45,341 bases of DNA, from positions 1 through 45,341 of the forward strand of contig CANPVK010000002.1 of assembly GCA_947581715.1 (NCBI GenBank). The letters are read 5' to 3'. The translations under genes were made by a program, and so were the position numbers. Under the pieces are notes generated by a model. That model was not told the DNA's origin, did no database searches, and saw only the letters and a program-made list of their open reading frames with translations. Of this stretch, positions 43,873 through 45,341 are shown in pieces. Each line of letters starts with the position of its first letter. Within the stretch, counting starts at the first letter, position 1. The stretch is from an uncultured Bacilli bacterium (GTDB lineage: Bacteria; Bacillota_I; Bacilli_A; RF39; UBA660).

Positions 43873-45269
43873 TGGCTACATTTCTATCAAGTTCTAATTT
43901 CAATGGAAAATTAGGAGATAAATTTCAACTAGAATTATATTTCGATGTGTTACAGCCACAAGATATAGCAAATAATCGGAGTACAATTCGATATTACCTT
44001 TATTGGAAATCATTAGGACAATATAGCGGTTCAGGTAGCACAGTAAGAGGATATATTAACAGTACTCAAGTTGGAACAACAACGAGCATTTCAAATTATG
44101 AAAACAAATTAATGGGTACTTTAGATGTAACGATCGATCATAATCCGGATGGAACATTTCCTGATACAGGTTATAGCGCAACAATTGATACGCCTTGGAC
44201 TGTAGGTGATGCATCAGTAAGCGGCACTTTAACATCTGCAAACGTACCAAGAATACCAAGAACATCATCAGTAACTTGTACTGATGGATACATTGAAAGT
44301 TCTGTATCAATTAACATTAACCAAGCGAGTGATTCGTTTACACATCGATTAAGCTATCAATTTGGAGTTTTATCTGGAGAAATTGCTCCAGCTGCTAAAT
44401 ATACTTGTGGTTTTACAATACCAGATACATTTTATTCACAAATACCGAATTCACAGAGTGGAGTCGGTTCTATTTTGTGTGAAACATATAGTGGTGGAGC
44501 GTTAATAGGTACAAGCTCTTGCCTGTTTACAGCAAGAACTGATGAAACAAAATGTAAGCCAGATGTAGATGCTGTGATAGAAGATATTAATACAACGGCA
44601 ACTAGTCTAACTGGTAGTAAGGATAAATTGATTAGAGGTATATCAAATATCAAATCAACAATATCAGCAACACCTAAGAATAGTGCTTCTATTGTCGATG
44701 TTAGAATCAGATGCGCAGATGGTAAAGAGGGAGTAGGTGCTAGTGTTCAGCTAAATGGTGTAACAAGTGGAGCTTTTACAGTTTCAGCAACAGATAGTAG
44801 AGGCTATTCTTCTGCAAAACCTATAACCAAATCAATGGTTGAATATATCATCCTAACATTAAATCCAACATTTTATAGGCCAGAACCAACGACAGGAGAA
44901 ATAGCTCTTAAATATGACGGCAATTATTTTAACGGTTCTTTTGGAAATGCTAGCAATAGTTTAACCGTTAAATACCGCTATTGTGAGTATGGTGGAAAAA
45001 TGCCATCAACATATACAAGTCTAAAACCTGTAATATCAGGAAATAGTTATTCTCAAGAGATTAGCTTGGGGAAAGTTTTTGATTATAAAAAAACATATCA
45101 ATTTGAAATTATTGCAGAGGACAAATTGGGTAGTGTTCCAAAATCAATGAATGTAGCAGAAGGTAATCCAATATTAGGACTCTTCAAAAATTTTGTCTTG
45201 ATAGGCGGTGAATTGTATGTACAGCTTGATGATTTTCGAGTACCACTGATTGAAATAATTGATGAATAA
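43872..45269 (+). CDS. Tail fibre/receptor-binding candidate (DUF859-like)
   Basis: N-terminal pattern F.LELYF...NNRSTIRYYLYW...GSGSTVRGYINSTQVG...VTIDHNPDGT resembles the siphovirus DUF859 family as recalled. Confidence 0.5.
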   Translation: MATFLSSSNFNGKLGDKFQLELYFDVLQPQDIANNRSTIRYYLYWKSLGQYSGSGSTVRGYINSTQVGTTTSISNYENKLMGTLDVTIDHNPDGTFPDTGYSATIDTPWTVGDASVSGTLTSANVPRIPRTSSVTCTDGYIESSVSININQASDSFTHRLSYQFGVLSGEIAPAAKYTCGFTIPDTFYSQIPNSQSGVGSILCETYSGGALIGTSSCLFTARTDETKCKPDVDAVIEDINTTATSLTGSKDKLIRGISNIKSTISATPKNSASIVDVRIRCADGKEGVGASVQLNGVTSGAFTVSATDSRGYSSAKPITKSMVEYIILTLNPTFYRPEPTTGEIALKYDGNYFNGSFGNASNSLTVKYRYCEYGGKMPSTYTSLKPVISGNSYSQEISLGKVFDYKKTYQFEIIAEDKLGSVPKSMNVAEGNPILGLFKNFVLIGGELYVQLDDFRVPLIEIIDE

Positions 45270-45284
45270 AGGAGATAAAAAAAG

Positions 45285-45341
45285 ATGAAAAAAAACTTGA
45301 CAAATGTTCTCATTTGTGGTGAGAGAGAGAGAGAGAGAGAG
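45285..45341 (+). CDS. 5' end of a further ORF running into the (GA)n tract
   Basis: AAAGGAGAT SD. Translation MKKNLTNVLICGE, then (ER)n encoded by the GA repeat. Truncated by the window end. Confidence 0.3.
   Translation, partial: MKKNLTNVLICGERERERE
45321..45341. repeat. (GA)10 dinucleotide repeat at the window edge
   Basis: GAGAGAGAGAGAGAGAGAGAG fills the last 21 nt. Confidence 0.95.

Larger units (their letters stand above)
7460..45341. mobile_element. Temperate siphovirus-type prophage (left junction in window, right end beyond window)
   Basis: Contiguous integrase, immunity, replication, packaging, head and tail modules starting directly at the break in the cotJC-like gene. Confidence 0.9.

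Noticed and set aside
45321-45341. (GA)10 tract at the very end of the window, read as (Glu-Arg)n in the last ORF
   Set aside because: It sits exactly at the sequence edge and interrupts an otherwise normal N-terminus. An assembly or contig-end artefact, or a simple microsatellite, is more likely than a biological signal. This cannot be judged without downstream sequence.
1-45341. Search for CRISPR arrays, rRNA, tRNA/tmRNA genes, IS elements or retron/reverse-transcriptase features
   Set aside because: No regularly spaced 25-40-bp direct repeats, no T-loop/acceptor-stem cloverleaf candidates in the intergenic regions, no transposase-like or RT-like ORFs. The only recombinase is the prophage serine integrase.

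Overview
AT-rich, low-GC Firmicutes-like chromosome segment; a spore-former is inferred from a cotJC-like gene. Positions 1-7.05 kb hold ordinary + strand housekeeping genes: typA/bipA, a membrane-anchored hypothetical, lspA, an rluD-family pseudouridine synthase, a rhomboid protease and an orphan ClpA/B-D1-like AAA+ ATPase. At ~7.46 kb a cotJC-like (Mn-catalase family spore-coat) gene on the - strand is cut down to its C-terminal 134 codons. From there to the window end (>37.8 kb, right end not reached) lies a siphovirus-type temperate prophage. Its order is: large serine recombinase, lysogeny-side morons, and an XRE/ImmA immunity switch with divergent promoters and GTTGAG-N5-CTCAAC operators. 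Next come a replication/recombination module (DnaD-like organizer with internal iterons, ERF-like annealase, PD-(D/E)XK nuclease, SSB) and about 40 small early ORFs of unknown function. A putative late regulator followed by a promoter-proximal terminator precedes the structural genes: terS, terL, portal, MuF-like head protein, scaffold, major capsid, connectors, major tail, G/GT chaperone, tape measure, Dit-like, Tal with collagen repeats, and a DUF859-like fibre protein. No rRNA, tRNA or CRISPR array was recognised. The main findings are: (1) an ORF-free, hairpin-dense ~300-nt element closed by a 15-bp long-range helix and ending in an intrinsic terminator inside the head operon; (2) a MuF head protein with a C-terminal RadC/JAB-like HNHP domain; (3) a candidate ~85-nt sRNA with a near-consensus promoter and terminator, whose 17-nt core is perfectly complementary to a site 4 kb away in the early lytic transcript path; (4) a -1 frameshift on an A9 run that would extend the capsid protein by ~127 aa; (5) a lambda Q/PR'/tR'-like late switch; (6) prophage insertion into a sporulation gene. 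All homology calls are by-eye motif recognition, since no searches could be run.
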